A DNA stretch of 32,000 nt. Source: Anaerolinea thermophila UNI-1. Its GTDB lineage: Bacteria > Chloroflexota > Anaerolineae > Anaerolineales > Anaerolineaceae. The stretch is taken from positions 1,356,101-1,388,100 of the forward strand of contig NC_014960.1 in NCBI RefSeq assembly GCF_000199675.1. Reading direction: 5' to 3'. Position 1 is the first letter of the stretch. Every line of letters begins with the position of its first letter. Positions 1 to 10,317 of the stretch are shown here, piece after piece. The notes under the pieces were generated by a model. The model was not told where the DNA came from and did not search any database. It saw nothing but the letters and a program-made list of their open reading frames with translations. The position numbers were made by a program, and so were the translations under genes.

Positions 1-955
1 CTAACTGATAACCTACTTCCCGCGCAACTTGTACGGCTCTGGCGCTGAAATTGCCGCCGGGCCAGATGTAGGCAATCGGTGCTTTTCCAAAGGTTTCCAG
101 GATGGCTTCTCGAGAACCTTGCAGTTCACGGTAAATGAAGGTTTCCACATCCACTTTGCCGTACAGAGATGTTTCAATCGTTGTGCCCGGCTTAAATTCG
201 ACAATATTAATGTTATGTACCACCCCATGTGCTTGGTGATCTACCCAACCTTCACGTTGGAGGGCGATATTTTCATCCCGCACGCGACGGCTGGCTTCAG
301 GCTCGCTGATCCATGCGTTGGTCACTGTCCAGCCATGAGGGTGGAGGTAAGGGTAGAAGTGATCCCGGTAATAAGAAGCGGAGTGCAAGTCGTCCACAAT
401 CAGCACCACCGAGCGCGGGGGAATATAATCGTTGCTTTGCAAGAAGCCTGCCAGTTGTTCCATGCTGATGGCTTCAAAGCCTTTTTGTTCTAAGGCTTGA
501 AACAGTTCCTTAACCTGATGGGCACTGATTTGATAAGGATGATTGACCTCTCCATCGGTGATAGAGTGGAACATGATCGGCATCACCACCGTCCCCGGAG
601 CCGATTTTCCCATTTTCCAGCGGTTCTTCAAAACCTGACAGGTATCCTGAATGTACGGATGGGGATGATCCATCGGATTCAAAAGCGAGGTTTGAAATAC
701 TCTCGGAAGTTCGGGTGGGACAGGGGGCTGTGTTGGCGTTGGAGTAAAGGATGGCACTGTGGTGGGAGTTGATGTAGGTTCAGGAATGGCATAAGTTGCT
801 GTAAGAATGGCTTCGTGGAAGAGACTGGTTTCCTGCACGTTGAGTGTGGGTGTAGGTGTAGGCAGAGGTTGGACTGTGCATCCCACAATCCCCAAAAGAA
901 AGAGACATCCCCACAAACACCCCTGTAAAACGTTTACCCCTAATGGTTTCATCAT
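1..955 (-). CDS. putative polysaccharide deacetylase-family (NodB-like) lipoprotein, 3' end outside window
   Basis: Absent from the ORF track because there is no stop in the window. My own minus-strand translation from ATG 955 (or 952) stays open to position 2. It gives MMKPLGVNVLQGCLWGCLFLLGIVGC (signal peptide plus lipobox Cys), a Thr/Pro-rich linker, then ...TVVMPIMFHSITDG...PRSVVLIVDDLHSASYY...WVDHQAHGVVH...IAYIWPGGNFS. The family call is by resemblance only. Confidence 0.5.
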   Translation of the reverse strand, partial: MMKPLGVNVLQGCLWGCLFLLGIVGCTVQPLPTPTPTLNVQETSLFHEAILTATYAIPEPTSTPTTVPSFTPTPTQPPVPPELPRVFQTSLLNPMDHPHPYIQDTCQVLKNRWKMGKSAPGTVVMPIMFHSITDGEVNHPYQISAHQVKELFQALEQKGFEAISMEQLAGFLQSNDYIPPRSVVLIVDDLHSASYYRDHFYPYLHPHGWTVTNAWISEPEASRRVRDENIALQREGWVDHQAHGVVHNINIVEFKPGTTIETSLYGKVDVETFIYRELQGSREAILETFGKAPIAYIWPGGNFSARAVQVAREVGYQL

Positions 956-970
956 GGTTATTGTACCAGA

Positions 971-1005
971 GGAAAACTCAGGGCTTTCCTCAATGGAAAG
1001 CCCTG
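971..1005 (-). terminator. rho-independent terminator downstream of ino1
   Basis: 11-bp hairpin CAGGGCTTTCC/GGAAAGCCCTG (979-1005) with a 5-nt loop. On the minus strand it is followed by AGTTTTCC and lies 12 nt after the ino1 stop. Confidence 0.55.
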
Positions 1006-1016
1006 CAAAGAAGCGA

Positions 1017-2099
1017 TTAGGCGGTTTCACCCCGGATGAAGGCTTCCGTCATCTCCCGGGCAATTTCATCCTTGAATTGTTTGGGGGGTGTTTTCATGAA
1101 ATAAGAAGCGGGGGCATACAAAGGTCCACCGATTCCACGATCCATTGCCAGTTTGACACAGCGTACAGCGTCAATCACCACGCCGGCTGAGTTGGGAGAA
1201 TCCCATACTTCCAGTTTGGCTTCCAGATTCAAGGGAACATCCCCAAAGGTGGTCCCTTCCATGCGGATGTAGCACCATTTGCGGTCAGTTAACCATGGGA
1301 TATAATCGCTGGGACCAACGTGGATGTTGTTTTCTCCAATGTCATACGGGAGCATGCTGGTCACCGCGCCAGTCTTGGAGATTTTCTTGGACTCAAGGCG
1401 CTCGCGTTCCAGCATGTTCAGGAAGTCGGTATTGCCTCCAAAGTTGATCTGATAGGTGCGGTCCAGGCGCACACCGCGATCGACAAACAAACTGGTCAAA
1501 ACGCGGTGCAGGATAGTGGCGCCCACCTGAGACTTGATGTCATCTCCGATGATGGGTAAATTTTTCTGGCGGAAGCGCTCCGACCAGTACTCTGAACTGG
1601 CGATGAAGACAGGAATGGCGTTGACAAACCCGCAACCGGCTTCCAGCACCTGCTCCACGTACCACTTGGTTGCCATCTCGGAGCCCACTGGTAGATAGTT
1701 AATCACTACATCCGTGCCGGTATCTTTGAGAATTTTGATGATATCGGCGGTTGGACCGGGCGCTTTCTTGACAATCTGTGAGAGGTACTTCCCCAAGCCA
1801 TCATGAGTCATTCCGCGAGAGACCGGAACGTTCAGATGCGGCACTTTGGTAAACTGATAGGTGTTGTTTGGGTAAGCAAAGATGGCTTCGGAAAGGTCTT
1901 TTCCTACTTTGGTATCTACCACATCAAATGCTGCAGAAAATTCAATATCGCTGATGTGATATCCGCCCAGATTGACGTGCATCAATCCAGGAATGCGGTC
2001 GGTATCGGCGGCGTTACGGTAGTAATACACTCCCTGTACCAGAGACGAAGCGCAGTTTCCTACCCCAATGATGGCAACGCGTACTTTTTTGTTTCCCAT
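1017..2099 (-). CDS. ino1: inositol-3-phosphate synthase (myo-inositol-1-phosphate synthase)
   Basis: 360-aa ORF. The N-terminus [22 protein letters not shown] is the Rossmann/NAD motif characteristic of bacterial/archaeal MIPS. An AGGAGA SD lies ~10 nt upstream of the ATG. Confidence 0.85.
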   Translation of the reverse strand: MGNKKVRVAIIGVGNCASSLVQGVYYYRNAADTDRIPGLMHVNLGGYHISDIEFSAAFDVVDTKVGKDLSEAIFAYPNNTYQFTKVPHLNVPVSRGMTHDGLGKYLSQIVKKAPGPTADIIKILKDTGTDVVINYLPVGSEMATKWYVEQVLEAGCGFVNAIPVFIASSEYWSERFRQKNLPIIGDDIKSQVGATILHRVLTSLFVDRGVRLDRTYQINFGGNTDFLNMLERERLESKKISKTGAVTSMLPYDIGENNIHVGPSDYIPWLTDRKWCYIRMEGTTFGDVPLNLEAKLEVWDSPNSAGVVIDAVRCVKLAMDRGIGGPLYAPASYFMKTPPKQFKDEIAREMTEAFIRGETA

Positions 2100-2151
2100 A
2101 GATTTCGATTCTCCTGAGTGCTTGGGTTGAAGATGAGTTTTGGTTATTATA

Positions 2152-2189
2152 CTCCCTGCTTCCCTTCAAGGTGAATTGGAAGCAGGGAG
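2152..2189 (-). terminator. intergenic 12-bp hairpin between acnA and ino1 (possible terminator or stabiliser, no U-tract)
   Basis: CTCCCTGCTTCC (2152-2163) pairs with GGAAGCAGGGAG (2178-2189) around a 14-nt loop. On the minus strand it is followed by TATAATAACC rather than a U-run, so its function is uncertain. Confidence 0.3.
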
Positions 2190-2210
2190 TTGCTCGGGAT
2201 TGTATGAGGT

Positions 2211-4904
2211 TTAGAGCCAGTTCAGTAGGATAGTATTCAGAATACCTCCATGGTGGAAATAGGAGACTTCGTTAGGGGTATCCAATCGAATGGTGACCTG
2301 AAACTCGAACGTACTGCCATCCTCTCGGGTTACCTGTACAGTGAGTTCTCCACCCGGGGATTGAATTTGAGATACTCCCTTCAAGGTGTAGATTTCCCGC
2401 CCTGTGAGCCCAAGGGATTGAGCGTTTTCTCCGGGCTTGAATACCAGTGGAAGCACGCCCATTCCTGCCAGGTTGGAACGATGAATGCGCTCAAAGGATT
2501 CGGCAAGGATGGCGCGCACTCCTAATTGTTGCACACCTTTCGCCGCCCAGTCGCGGCTGGAGCCGGTGCCGTATTCTTTCCCTGCAATGACAATCAAGGG
2601 GACGCCTTCCTCACGGTATTTCATCGCGGCGTCATAGATCGGAAGAACTTCCCCATCAGGGAAGTGAATTGTGTATCCACCTTCTTTGCCACCCAGCAAC
2701 AGGTTTTTTAAGCGGATGTTAGCAAATGTACCGCGAGTCATCACACGGTCATTTCCCCGGCGCGAACCATACGAGTTAAACTCGCTGACCGGCACGCCAT
2801 GCTCCAGAAGGTATTTCCCTGCCGGGCTGGTTGGGGAGATATTTCCTGCCGGGGAAATGTGATCTGTGGTGATGGAATCGCCAAAGAGCGCTAACACCCG
2901 AGCATTTTGGATGTCAGACAGGAATTGAGGTTCTTTGGAAAGGTTTTCAAAGAAGGGTGGTTCCTGTAAATAAGTGGATGCCGGATTCCACTCGTAAAGC
3001 AGAGAACTTGGGCTTTGGATTTGTGACCATTGGGGGTTGGCTGAGTATAGATCCGCGTACTCACTAGCGAACAATTCCGGCTGGACGAGGTCTTGGATCA
3101 GTTGTTCGATTTCTTCAGCAGAGGGCCAGAGATCCTTCAGGTAAACAGGATTCCCCTGCCGATCAACGCCCAAGGGCTCTTGAGTAAGATCAATATCTAC
3201 AGTGCCCGCCAGCGCATAGGCAACTACTAGAGGAGGGGAAGCAAGATAATTTGCCTGCACGTAGGGGTGGACACGTCCCTCAAAGTTACGGTTTCCAGAA
3301 AGCACTGCTGCGGCTACCAGTCCACCACTTTCGATGGCTTCAATCACAGGTTGTGGTAACGGACCTGAATTACCAATACAGGTAGTGCAACCATATCCGA
3401 CCACATCAAAACCCAGTGCCGATAGGGCTTTATCCAGCCCTGATTTTTCCAGATATGCGGTCACTACTTTGGAGCCCGGAGCAAGACTGGTTTTAACGTA
3501 GGGTTTGACGCGCAATCCCTTGAGAACAGCATTTCTTGCCAGCAATCCCGCCGCAAGCATGACATAGGGATTTGAGGTATTGGTGCAGGAGGTAATGGCA
3601 GCAATCACAACGGCGCCATGTTTCAGGGTTTCCCGGTATCCATTGGAGCGGTATTCGGCTTCCTTTCCCAAATCTTCTGAAGAAAGTCCAAAGCCGCGTT
3701 CGGTTTTGGGCTTTGAGAGAGAAGAGCGAAAGTTCTTTTTTACCTGAGGGAGAGGCACACGGTCTTGTGGACGTTTGGGCCCTGCCAGACTGGGTTCAAT
3801 GCTTTCTAGGTCCAGGTGAAGAACGGCTGTGTACTCGGGTTCGGGAGTTTCAGGCATAACAAAAAGACCCTGTGCGCGATAGTAAGCTTCTACAAGTTCG
3901 GTGGGTCTGCCGGTCAATGCAAGGTAAGCCAGCGTTTGCTGATCGACAGGGAAGTAGAGCACGGTTGCACCACTTTCAGGTGCCATGTTAGAAATCATCG
4001 CTCGGTCGGCTAGGGATAGATTGACCAGACCGGGCCCAAAAAATTCTACAAATTTATCGACAACACCGTGCTTGCGTAGCAGTTGGGTAATAGTCAGAGT
4101 CAGGTCTGTGGGGGTGACGCCTTCCCGAAGTTTCCCGGTCAGACGCAGGCCAATGACATCGGGAGTGACAAATTCCAGCGGTTCGCCTAACATGGCGGCA
4201 ACGGCTTCAATCCCTCCAACGCCAAATCCAACCACGCCTAACCCGTTAATCATGGTGGTGTGAGAGTCTGTCCCCACCAGCGTTTCGGGGAAGACGACTG
4301 TGGTGCCATCTTGTGAAGAGGTAAGCACTCCCCGCGCCAGATATTCGAGATTTACCTGATGGACAATTCCTGAGGAAGGGGGCACAACTCGGAAGTTCTT
4401 GAAGGCTTTCTGTGCCCAGTGGAGGAACTCATAGCGCTCACGATTGCGTTCAAATTCTAACTGGACGTTGAGTTTCAGAGCATCTGGAATTCCAAAGTAA
4501 TCTACCTGTACTGAGTGGTCAATAACCAAATCCACCGGCACAACGGGATTGATTTTTTCCGGATTTCCTCCCAATCGCACCAGAGCGGCGCGCATGGCGG
4601 CAAGATCGTTCATCACCGGAACGCCGGTAAAATCTTGCAGCACTACCCGGCCGGGAAAGAACTGTAAAATGGGACGATGGGTTGCCTGTGGTGCCCAGTT
4701 TGCCAGTGCCGAAATGCTTTGCTGGCTTACTCTAGGATGGGCGCTGTTCCGAAGGTAACCTTCCAGCAAAATTCGAATAGAGAAAGGCAATCGTTGAAGA
4801 CTTTCCCTGGATATCCCTTCCCACTGGTCGAGAGGGTAATAGAAATACGTCCCCTGAGACGTTTTCAGAATGGCGGGAATAGCCGAGGATCTAGACGCAG
4901 ACAT
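2211..4904 (-). CDS. acnA: aconitate hydratase A
   Basis: Aconitase motifs are present: IVHQVNLEYL, GTDSHTTMINGLGVVGFGVGGIEA, CTNTSNP, CTTCIGNSG and SGNRNFEGR (Fe-S ligand cysteines). I place the start at ATG 4904 (MSASRSS...) because AAAGGAGGGG sits 4-5 nt upstream. The track ORF starts at 4940 and has no SD. Confidence 0.95.
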   Translation of the reverse strand: MSASRSSAIPAILKTSQGTYFYYPLDQWEGISRESLQRLPFSIRILLEGYLRNSAHPRVSQQSISALANWAPQATHRPILQFFPGRVVLQDFTGVPVMNDLAAMRAALVRLGGNPEKINPVVPVDLVIDHSVQVDYFGIPDALKLNVQLEFERNRERYEFLHWAQKAFKNFRVVPPSSGIVHQVNLEYLARGVLTSSQDGTTVVFPETLVGTDSHTTMINGLGVVGFGVGGIEAVAAMLGEPLEFVTPDVIGLRLTGKLREGVTPTDLTLTITQLLRKHGVVDKFVEFFGPGLVNLSLADRAMISNMAPESGATVLYFPVDQQTLAYLALTGRPTELVEAYYRAQGLFVMPETPEPEYTAVLHLDLESIEPSLAGPKRPQDRVPLPQVKKNFRSSLSKPKTERGFGLSSEDLGKEAEYRSNGYRETLKHGAVVIAAITSCTNTSNPYVMLAAGLLARNAVLKGLRVKPYVKTSLAPGSKVVTAYLEKSGLDKALSALGFDVVGYGCTTCIGNSGPLPQPVIEAIESGGLVAAAVLSGNRNFEGRVHPYVQANYLASPPLVVAYALAGTVDIDLTQEPLGVDRQGNPVYLKDLWPSAEEIEQLIQDLVQPELFASEYADLYSANPQWSQIQSPSSLLYEWNPASTYLQEPPFFENLSKEPQFLSDIQNARVLALFGDSITTDHISPAGNISPTSPAGKYLLEHGVPVSEFNSYGSRRGNDRVMTRGTFANIRLKNLLLGGKEGGYTIHFPDGEVLPIYDAAMKYREEGVPLIVIAGKEYGTGSSRDWAAKGVQQLGVRAILAESFERIHRSNLAGMGVLPLVFKPGENAQSLGLTGREIYTLKGVSQIQSPGGELTVQVTREDGSTFEFQVTIRLDTPNEVSYFHHGGILNTILLNWL

Positions 4905-5019
4905 GCTCCCCTCCTTTGGGATTAATGGGATGAGGGTCATTATAATTCAGCCATTTTCCTGGAATTGGCGAAAATTTAACCCATTTGGGTGATTTTTCAG
5001 GGGATTTTATGATTTTACC

Positions 5020-5048
5020 TTGACACATTTTGTGTCCGCATTTATAAA
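5020..5048 (+). promoter_or_regulatory. sigma70-type promoter (TTGACA-17 nt-TATAAA)
   Basis: TTGACA at 5020-5025, an exact 17-nt spacer, and TATAAA at 5043-5048. The predicted TSS is ~5055. Confidence 0.45.
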
Positions 5049-5054
5049 TGCGCC

Positions 5055-5171
5055 CAATATGATACGAGTTATGCTTGCTTACCAGATTTCCCCTAAGCGA
5101 ATCCCGCGATTCCCCTCCTTCCGAGAAGGCGCGGGCTCTTCGCGTTTATGAAGAGCAAGCACAAAAGAGAG
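5055..5171 (+). promoter_or_regulatory. candidate structured 5' leader (riboswitch, attenuator or small RNA), class unknown
   Basis: Long-range helix TGCTTGCT (5072-5079) with AGCAAGCA (5154-5161). It encloses hairpin CCCGCG...CGCGGG (5103-5135, inner CCTTC/GAAGG) and hairpin CTCTTC/GAAGAG (5136-5155). CCTTCC/GGAAGG segments could pair alternatively with the terminator arms. Confidence 0.3.
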
Positions 5172-5203
5172 AAAAAAGACCTTCCGGAAGGAAGGTCTTT
5201 TTT
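5172..5203 (+). terminator. strong intrinsic terminator inside the 5' UTR of the ABC transporter operon
   Basis: AGACCTTCC-GGAA-GGAAGGTCT (9-bp stem, GNRA-like loop) followed by TTTTTT. It lies 30 nt upstream of the binding-protein start codon. Confidence 0.7.
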
Positions 5204-5233
5204 GATTAAAACCAATAGTTTTTGGAGGAGAAA

Positions 5234-6109
5234 ATGAAACGCTTGTCTATTTGGATGTTCCTGGTGCTGGTGTTTGGGTTGGTGCTCTCGGCTTGCGCTC
5301 CATCGAGCGGTTCTTCAGCTGGGGAAACATCGCAAGAGTCTCAAGGAAACGCGCAAACGGGCTGTCTAGGTTCTGCAGATACTGCGCTGGTAGATTTACA
5401 GTGCCGAAAAATCACTGTGGCGGTTGAAAATGCCTATATGCCTTTCAACTATATCCTGGTGGCTACAGGAGAGCCCGGAGGGTGGGATTACGATGCCTTG
5501 CGGGAAATTTGCACCCGCTTGCATTGTGAGCCTGTCTTTGTGGAAGCCGCTTGGGATGGCATGATTCAGGCGGTTGCCGATAAACAATACGACATGGCGG
5601 CAGATGGCATCACCATCACCGAGGATCGTAAACAAATTGTAGATTTCTCCATTGGCTATATCAGCATCAATCAGCGTTTGCTGGTACGCAAAGGAGAAAC
5701 TCGCTTTGCCTCTATTGAAGAGTTTGCCGCAAATGAGGCGCTGGTGCTGGGCACTCAAATTAACACCACGAATTACGAAACTGCCAAAAAATATCTTCCC
5801 GAATCACGCATCAAAGGGTTTGAGCAATTCGCTTTTGCAGTACAGGCTTTGATTTCCGGTGATGTGGACGCGGTGATCATTGATGAAACTGCCGGGCAGG
5901 GGTATCGGGGGGAAAACGCCGAGAAACTCGAACTGATTGGACCTTCCATTTCCAGCGATGAATTGGGTTTCATCTTTCCTAAAGGAAGCGATCTGGTTGA
6001 ACCGTTCAATAAAGCCATCGAAGCCATGAAAGCCGATGGTACGCTGGATCGCTTAAATCAGAAATATTTTGGCCCCGATTTCAAACTCACCGAGTCAGAT
6101 GTGAAATAA
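5234..6109 (+). CDS. polar amino acid ABC transporter substrate-binding lipoprotein (SBP family 3)
   Basis: [21 protein letters not shown] is a signal peptide with a lipobox. [33 protein letters not shown] is a typical family-3 SBP core. GGAGGAG SD lies 5 nt before ATG 5234. The track start at 5222 is a TTG inside the SD. Confidence 0.85.
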   Translation: MKRLSIWMFLVLVFGLVLSACAPSSGSSAGETSQESQGNAQTGCLGSADTALVDLQCRKITVAVENAYMPFNYILVATGEPGGWDYDALREICTRLHCEPVFVEAAWDGMIQAVADKQYDMAADGITITEDRKQIVDFSIGYISINQRLLVRKGETRFASIEEFAANEALVLGTQINTTNYETAKKYLPESRIKGFEQFAFAVQALISGDVDAVIIDETAGQGYRGENAEKLELIGPSISSDELGFIFPKGSDLVEPFNKAIEAMKADGTLDRLNQKYFGPDFKLTESDVK

Positions 6110-6120
6110 GAATTCGTAAG

Positions 6121-6150
6121 GGGAAGGTAGAGGCTTTTCTCTACCTTCCC
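6121..6150 (+). other. intercistronic 12-bp stem-loop between the SBP and permease genes
   Basis: GGGAAGGTAGAG-gctttt-CTCTACCTTCCC with no U-tract. The position resembles mRNA-stabilising hairpins that raise SBP:permease stoichiometry in other ABC operons. Confidence 0.4.
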
Positions 6151-6176
6151 CTCGACTCTGCGTTCAGGAGGTAGAT

Positions 6177-7052
6177 ATGGCTTCAGGAGAATCAAGTATT
6201 CCGCGCTCACCCGTGTTGAGTCTTCCCAAAGAGTCCTTGCAAAGCAGACTGGAGCACTTTCCATGGTGGTTTGTGGCTATGGTGAGCATAGCACTGGCAA
6301 CCCTTGGCGTGATTTTCTCTCAACCCTCGTACAATCAGGCATTTGTTTTCATTCAAGCCGGCATTCATGTGACCATTACCACTACGCTGACGGCATTTGT
6401 CATCTCGCTGGTGATTGGGTTGATGGCTGGCTTGGGAAGGATTGCTCGAAATGTGTTTTTCCGTAACCTCAGCACGTTGTATGTGGAAATTGTCCGGGGC
6501 ATTCCCATGCTGGTGCTGATTTTCTTCATTGCTTTTGTGGCAGTTCCGGCAGTGACCTCGGCCTTAAATGCCCTGGGAAGAGTGCTGGTTGAGGCAGGGT
6601 TGACCTGGGCTGGGGGGCTCACTCAACTGGAAAATAGCGGCGTTCCCATGCAAATCCGTGCGATCATTGCGCTTTCGGTCACTTATGGCGCCTTCTCGGC
6701 TGAGGTCTTTCGGGCTGGTATCCAGTCCATTCCCAAAGGACAAATGGAGGCGGCGCGTTCTCAGGGCATGACCTACTGGCAAGCCATGCGCTATGTCATT
6801 CTGCCACAAGCCATTCGCAATGTTCTGCCGGCATTAGGCAATGATTTTGTTTCCATGCTCAAAGATTCCTCGCTGGTTTCTGTACTGGCGGTGCGGGATA
6901 TTACCCAGGTGGCACGTTTGTACGCAGGGCAGACCTTCCGTTATCCCGAAGCGTTTACCACGCTGGCAGTGCTGTACTTGATCATGACGCTCGTTCTATC
7001 GCTGGGCGTCAAAGCCATAGAGAGGGGATTGAGTCATGGCCAGCACCGATGA
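6177..7052 (+). CDS. amino acid ABC transporter permease (His/Glu/Gln/Arg/opine family)
   Basis: 291-aa polytopic membrane ORF with the EAA-like loop [29 protein letters not shown] lies 6 nt upstream of the ATG. Confidence 0.85.
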   Translation: MASGESSIPRSPVLSLPKESLQSRLEHFPWWFVAMVSIALATLGVIFSQPSYNQAFVFIQAGIHVTITTTLTAFVISLVIGLMAGLGRIARNVFFRNLSTLYVEIVRGIPMLVLIFFIAFVAVPAVTSALNALGRVLVEAGLTWAGGLTQLENSGVPMQIRAIIALSVTYGAFSAEVFRAGIQSIPKGQMEAARSQGMTYWQAMRYVILPQAIRNVLPALGNDFVSMLKDSSLVSVLAVRDITQVARLYAGQTFRYPEAFTTLAVLYLIMTLVLSLGVKAIERGLSHGQHR

Positions 7053-7782
7053 CATCATCATCGTCAAAAACGTCTCAAAATTTTTTGGCAAAGTACAGGC
7101 GTTGCGTAACGTCAGTTTGACTGTCAAACGTGGCAGTGTGGTTGTGCTGATCGGCCCCAGTGGTTCGGGAAAATCCACGCTCTTGCGTTGCATGAATCAC
7201 ATGGAAATTGAGGATGAAGGGGAAATCTGGGTCGATGGTCAGCGCCTGAGCCGGGATGAGAAAATCATCAACCAGGTGCGCGCGGATATTGGGATGGTCT
7301 TCCAGCACTTTAATCTTTATCCTCATCTTACCGTTTTGCAGAATATTACCTTGGCACAACGCATTGTGCGCAAACGCTCTCAGGAAGAGGCTGAAACCAT
7401 TGCCATGGAGCAGTTGAAGCGGGTGGGGATTGCCGAGAAAGCCCATAATTATCCTGCCCAGTTATCCGGTGGGCAACAACAACGGGTTGCCATTGCCCGA
7501 GCACTGGCGATGAAACCCAAAATTTTACTGTTTGATGAGCCTACCAGTGCTTTAGACCCAGAGATGATTAAAGAGGTGCTGGATGTAATGCTCGATTTAG
7601 CAAAGGCGGGGATTACGATGGTGGTGGCAACTCATGAGATGGGGTTCGCTCGCGCTGCGGCTGATGAGGTGCATTTTATGGATGAGGGCTGTATCGTCGA
7701 GTCGGGGACGCCGGAGATGGTTTTTGACCACCCGCGGTTTGAGCGCACGCGCCAGTTCCTGTCTCAAATTTTGTTCCGATAA
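7036..7782 (+). CDS. amino acid ABC transporter ATP-binding protein (GlnQ-like)
   Basis: Walker [10 protein letters not shown], signature [15 protein letters not shown] and Walker [13 protein letters not shown]. It overlaps the permease 3' end by 17 nt, suggesting translational coupling. Confidence 0.95.
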   Translation: MASTDDIIIVKNVSKFFGKVQALRNVSLTVKRGSVVVLIGPSGSGKSTLLRCMNHMEIEDEGEIWVDGQRLSRDEKIINQVRADIGMVFQHFNLYPHLTVLQNITLAQRIVRKRSQEEAETIAMEQLKRVGIAEKAHNYPAQLSGGQQQRVAIARALAMKPKILLFDEPTSALDPEMIKEVLDVMLDLAKAGITMVVATHEMGFARAAADEVHFMDEGCIVESGTPEMVFDHPRFERTRQFLSQILFR

Positions 7783-7830
7783 ACGTCCAGGGAGGGACCT
7801 TAAAAGCCAGCCAAAGGAGGAAACCTGTTT

Positions 7831-9174
7831 ATGAAGATGATTGAGGCGATTACCGAGCAATTACCCGCATGGCGGGAGCGGGTAAACCGTTTGCGCACTC
7901 AGTTTGGTTCTTTGAAAGTGTGTGATGTTACCGTAGAGCAAATTTACGGGGGCATTCGGGGCGTACAGATTCAGGTCAGCGATATTTCTTATGTGGATCC
8001 CTATGAGGGGATTCGGTTGCGGGGCTACACCATTCCAGAGGTGCTTGAATACCTGCCGAAAAAGCCGGGAAGCGACTTCCCTCTGGTAGGCGGTTTGTAC
8101 TATTTGCTGATGACGGATCGGTTGCCGAATGAGGCAGAAGCGGATGAAGTGGAGCAGGAATGGGCGTCGCGCAGTCAAATTCCCGAACATGTCTATCAGG
8201 TTATTCGGCAGTTCCCAAGGGATACCCATCCCATGACGCTGTTTTCCGTGGCGATTATGGCACTTCAACCTTCCTCACAGTTCGCCAGTAAGTATGCGGA
8301 GCAAATGTTTACTTCCGAAGGTCTGCCCAAAGGCGATTACTGGAAGTACTACCTGGAAGACAGTATGAACTTAATCGCCAAGTTGCCCGGGATTGCCTCG
8401 TTTATTTACAACTATAAATATCGTAATGAGGAAATTGTCTCTTATTCACCTGAACTGGATTGGAGTGCTAACTTTGCCCGAATGATTGGCAAGGCAGAGG
8501 ATCTCCGTTACCAGGATTTGTGTCGCCTGTTCTTTGTGATTCATTCTGATCATGAAGGCGGAAATGTCAGTGCTCATACTTCTTACCTGGTCAGTTCTGC
8601 ACTTTCGGATGTCTATCTTTCCTGTGCAGCGGGTATGAACGGTTTGGCAGGGCCGTTGCACGGGCTGGCAAATCAGGAATGCATTCGCTGGGTGTTGCAG
8701 GTGCGGGAGGCTTTTGGAGGTCATGTTCCTGGTAAAGAAGAACTGACGGATCACCTGCGCAGGCAACTCCAGGCAGGCAAACTGATTCCGGGATATGGAC
8801 ATGCAGTGTTACGGGTGACTGATCCGCGTTTCACTGTGCAGTATGAATTTGCCAAAAAGTACATTTCGAACGATCCCAATATCGAGTTAATAGGGCGAGT
8901 ATTTGAGGTGCTTCCGCCTATTCTGGCAGAGAATGGTAAGGTCAAGAATCCATACCCGAATGTAGATGCCATCAATGGGGCGTTGCAGTATCACTATGGT
9001 GTAAAAGAATTTGATTTTTATACCGTATTGTTTGGGATGAGTCGCATTCTGGGGTTGACTGCCCATATTGTCTGGGGGCGGATTCTGGGAAAACCCATTG
9101 AACGCCCTAAATCGTTGACCACCGCCATGCTGGAGCAGTTAGCCGAAAAATCTCTGCAGTCTTTGGAAAGGTAA
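7831..9174 (+). CDS. gltA: citrate synthase
   Basis: 447-aa ORF with the catalytic-region motifs HSDHEGGNVSAHT and GYGHAVLRVTDPR. AAGGAGG lies ~11 nt upstream. A 2-methylcitrate synthase cannot be excluded from sequence alone. Confidence 0.85.
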   Translation: MKMIEAITEQLPAWRERVNRLRTQFGSLKVCDVTVEQIYGGIRGVQIQVSDISYVDPYEGIRLRGYTIPEVLEYLPKKPGSDFPLVGGLYYLLMTDRLPNEAEADEVEQEWASRSQIPEHVYQVIRQFPRDTHPMTLFSVAIMALQPSSQFASKYAEQMFTSEGLPKGDYWKYYLEDSMNLIAKLPGIASFIYNYKYRNEEIVSYSPELDWSANFARMIGKAEDLRYQDLCRLFFVIHSDHEGGNVSAHTSYLVSSALSDVYLSCAAGMNGLAGPLHGLANQECIRWVLQVREAFGGHVPGKEELTDHLRRQLQAGKLIPGYGHAVLRVTDPRFTVQYEFAKKYISNDPNIELIGRVFEVLPPILAENGKVKNPYPNVDAINGALQYHYGVKEFDFYTVLFGMSRILGLTAHIVWGRILGKPIERPKSLTTAMLEQLAEKSLQSLER

Positions 9175-9183
9175 CATGAGTCT

Positions 9184-10317
9184 ATGCGGAAGGGAAAGCG
9201 CATTGTTGTCAAGGTAGGAACATCAACCCTTACCGATGGAGGAAGACGTCTTTCACCACCTCGCATGGTGGATTTAGCCCGGCAGATTGCCCTTGTGCGT
9301 TCGAAAGGGGTGGATATTATTCTGGTCTCTTCTGGGGCAATTGCAGCAGGACGGGAAGTCTTAAATTATCCTGAGTTACCTCGTTTCATTCCCAAAAAAC
9401 AAATGCTTGCAGCGGTGGGGCAACCCCGTTTGATGGCAATGTACACCGAATATTTTGCCATCTATGGTCAGCGAGTAGCGCAGGTGCTCCTAACGCGGGC
9501 TGATCTGATGGATCGCAAGCGGTATCTGAATGCTAGAGATACCTTTGAAGCCTTGCTTTTACAGGGAATTCTTCCGATTGTCAACGAAAATGATACTGTG
9601 GCAACGGAAGAAATTCGTTTTGGGGATAACGACACCCTTTCGGCACAGGTGGCAGCCCTGGTTGAAGCAGATGATCTGATTTTGCTTACCGATCAGGCGG
9701 GACTTTATGAGGCTGATCCCCGGGTAGTTCCGGGTGCCCGTCTGATTCGAGAGGTGCCTGCCGAAGAGATTCCCGATACATTATGGGAAGCGGCGGGGGG
9801 GAGTCGCAGTGGCTTGGGGACTGGTGGGATGCTGACGAAATTACGTGCCGCTGATTTAGCACGCCGAAGTGGTACCACGGTGTGGATAGCCCAGGGTAAT
9901 GAAGAAGATATTATTATTCGTATAGTCAATAATGAAAAACTGGGAACTCGATTTGCACCGATGATCAGTCATCTCGAAGGGCGCAAACGATATCTACTCG
10001 CCGGACATCAGGTACAGGCAGGGGTTTGGATTGACAAAGGGGCAGCGCGGGCATTGTCCAGAGGGGGGAGCCTCTTGCCAGTCGGGATTATCCGTGTGGA
10101 GGGGGAGTTTGAACGCGGGGATACTATCCGCATTTTAAATGAGCAGGGCAAGTTAATTGCTTTGGGACTCACTTATTATTCCTCCTCTGAAGTCCAGCGT
10201 TTTGCGGGGAAGCATTCGGACCAGATCGAATCTATTTTGGGATACACCTTTGGCGAGGAAGTTGTGCATCATAATCACATGGTGTTCATGAGGAACGGTG
10301 AACATGAATCTGCATGA
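9184..10317 (+). CDS. proB: glutamate 5-kinase with C-terminal PUA domain
   Basis: IVVKVGTSTLT, VSSGAIAAG and NENDTVATEEIRFGDNDTLSA motifs, plus a PUA-like C-terminus. It starts 9 nt after the gltA stop. Confidence 0.9.
   Translation: MRKGKRIVVKVGTSTLTDGGRRLSPPRMVDLARQIALVRSKGVDIILVSSGAIAAGREVLNYPELPRFIPKKQMLAAVGQPRLMAMYTEYFAIYGQRVAQVLLTRADLMDRKRYLNARDTFEALLLQGILPIVNENDTVATEEIRFGDNDTLSAQVAALVEADDLILLTDQAGLYEADPRVVPGARLIREVPAEEIPDTLWEAAGGSRSGLGTGGMLTKLRAADLARRSGTTVWIAQGNEEDIIIRIVNNEKLGTRFAPMISHLEGRKRYLLAGHQVQAGVWIDKGAARALSRGGSLLPVGIIRVEGEFERGDTIRILNEQGKLIALGLTYYSSSEVQRFAGKHSDQIESILGYTFGEEVVHHNHMVFMRNGEHESA

Noticed and set aside
29-888. ORFs 29-493(+), 497-772(+), 13-228(-) and 679-888(-).
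   Set aside because: They overlap the long open minus-strand frame, which has a signal peptide, a lipobox and deacetylase-like motifs. They are antisense or off-frame artefacts.
4905-5233. Longer starts for acnA (ATG 4940) and the SBP (TTG 5222).
   Set aside because: The internal ATGs at 4904 and 5234 have near-perfect SD sequences at the right spacing. The TTG at 5222 lies within the SD itself.
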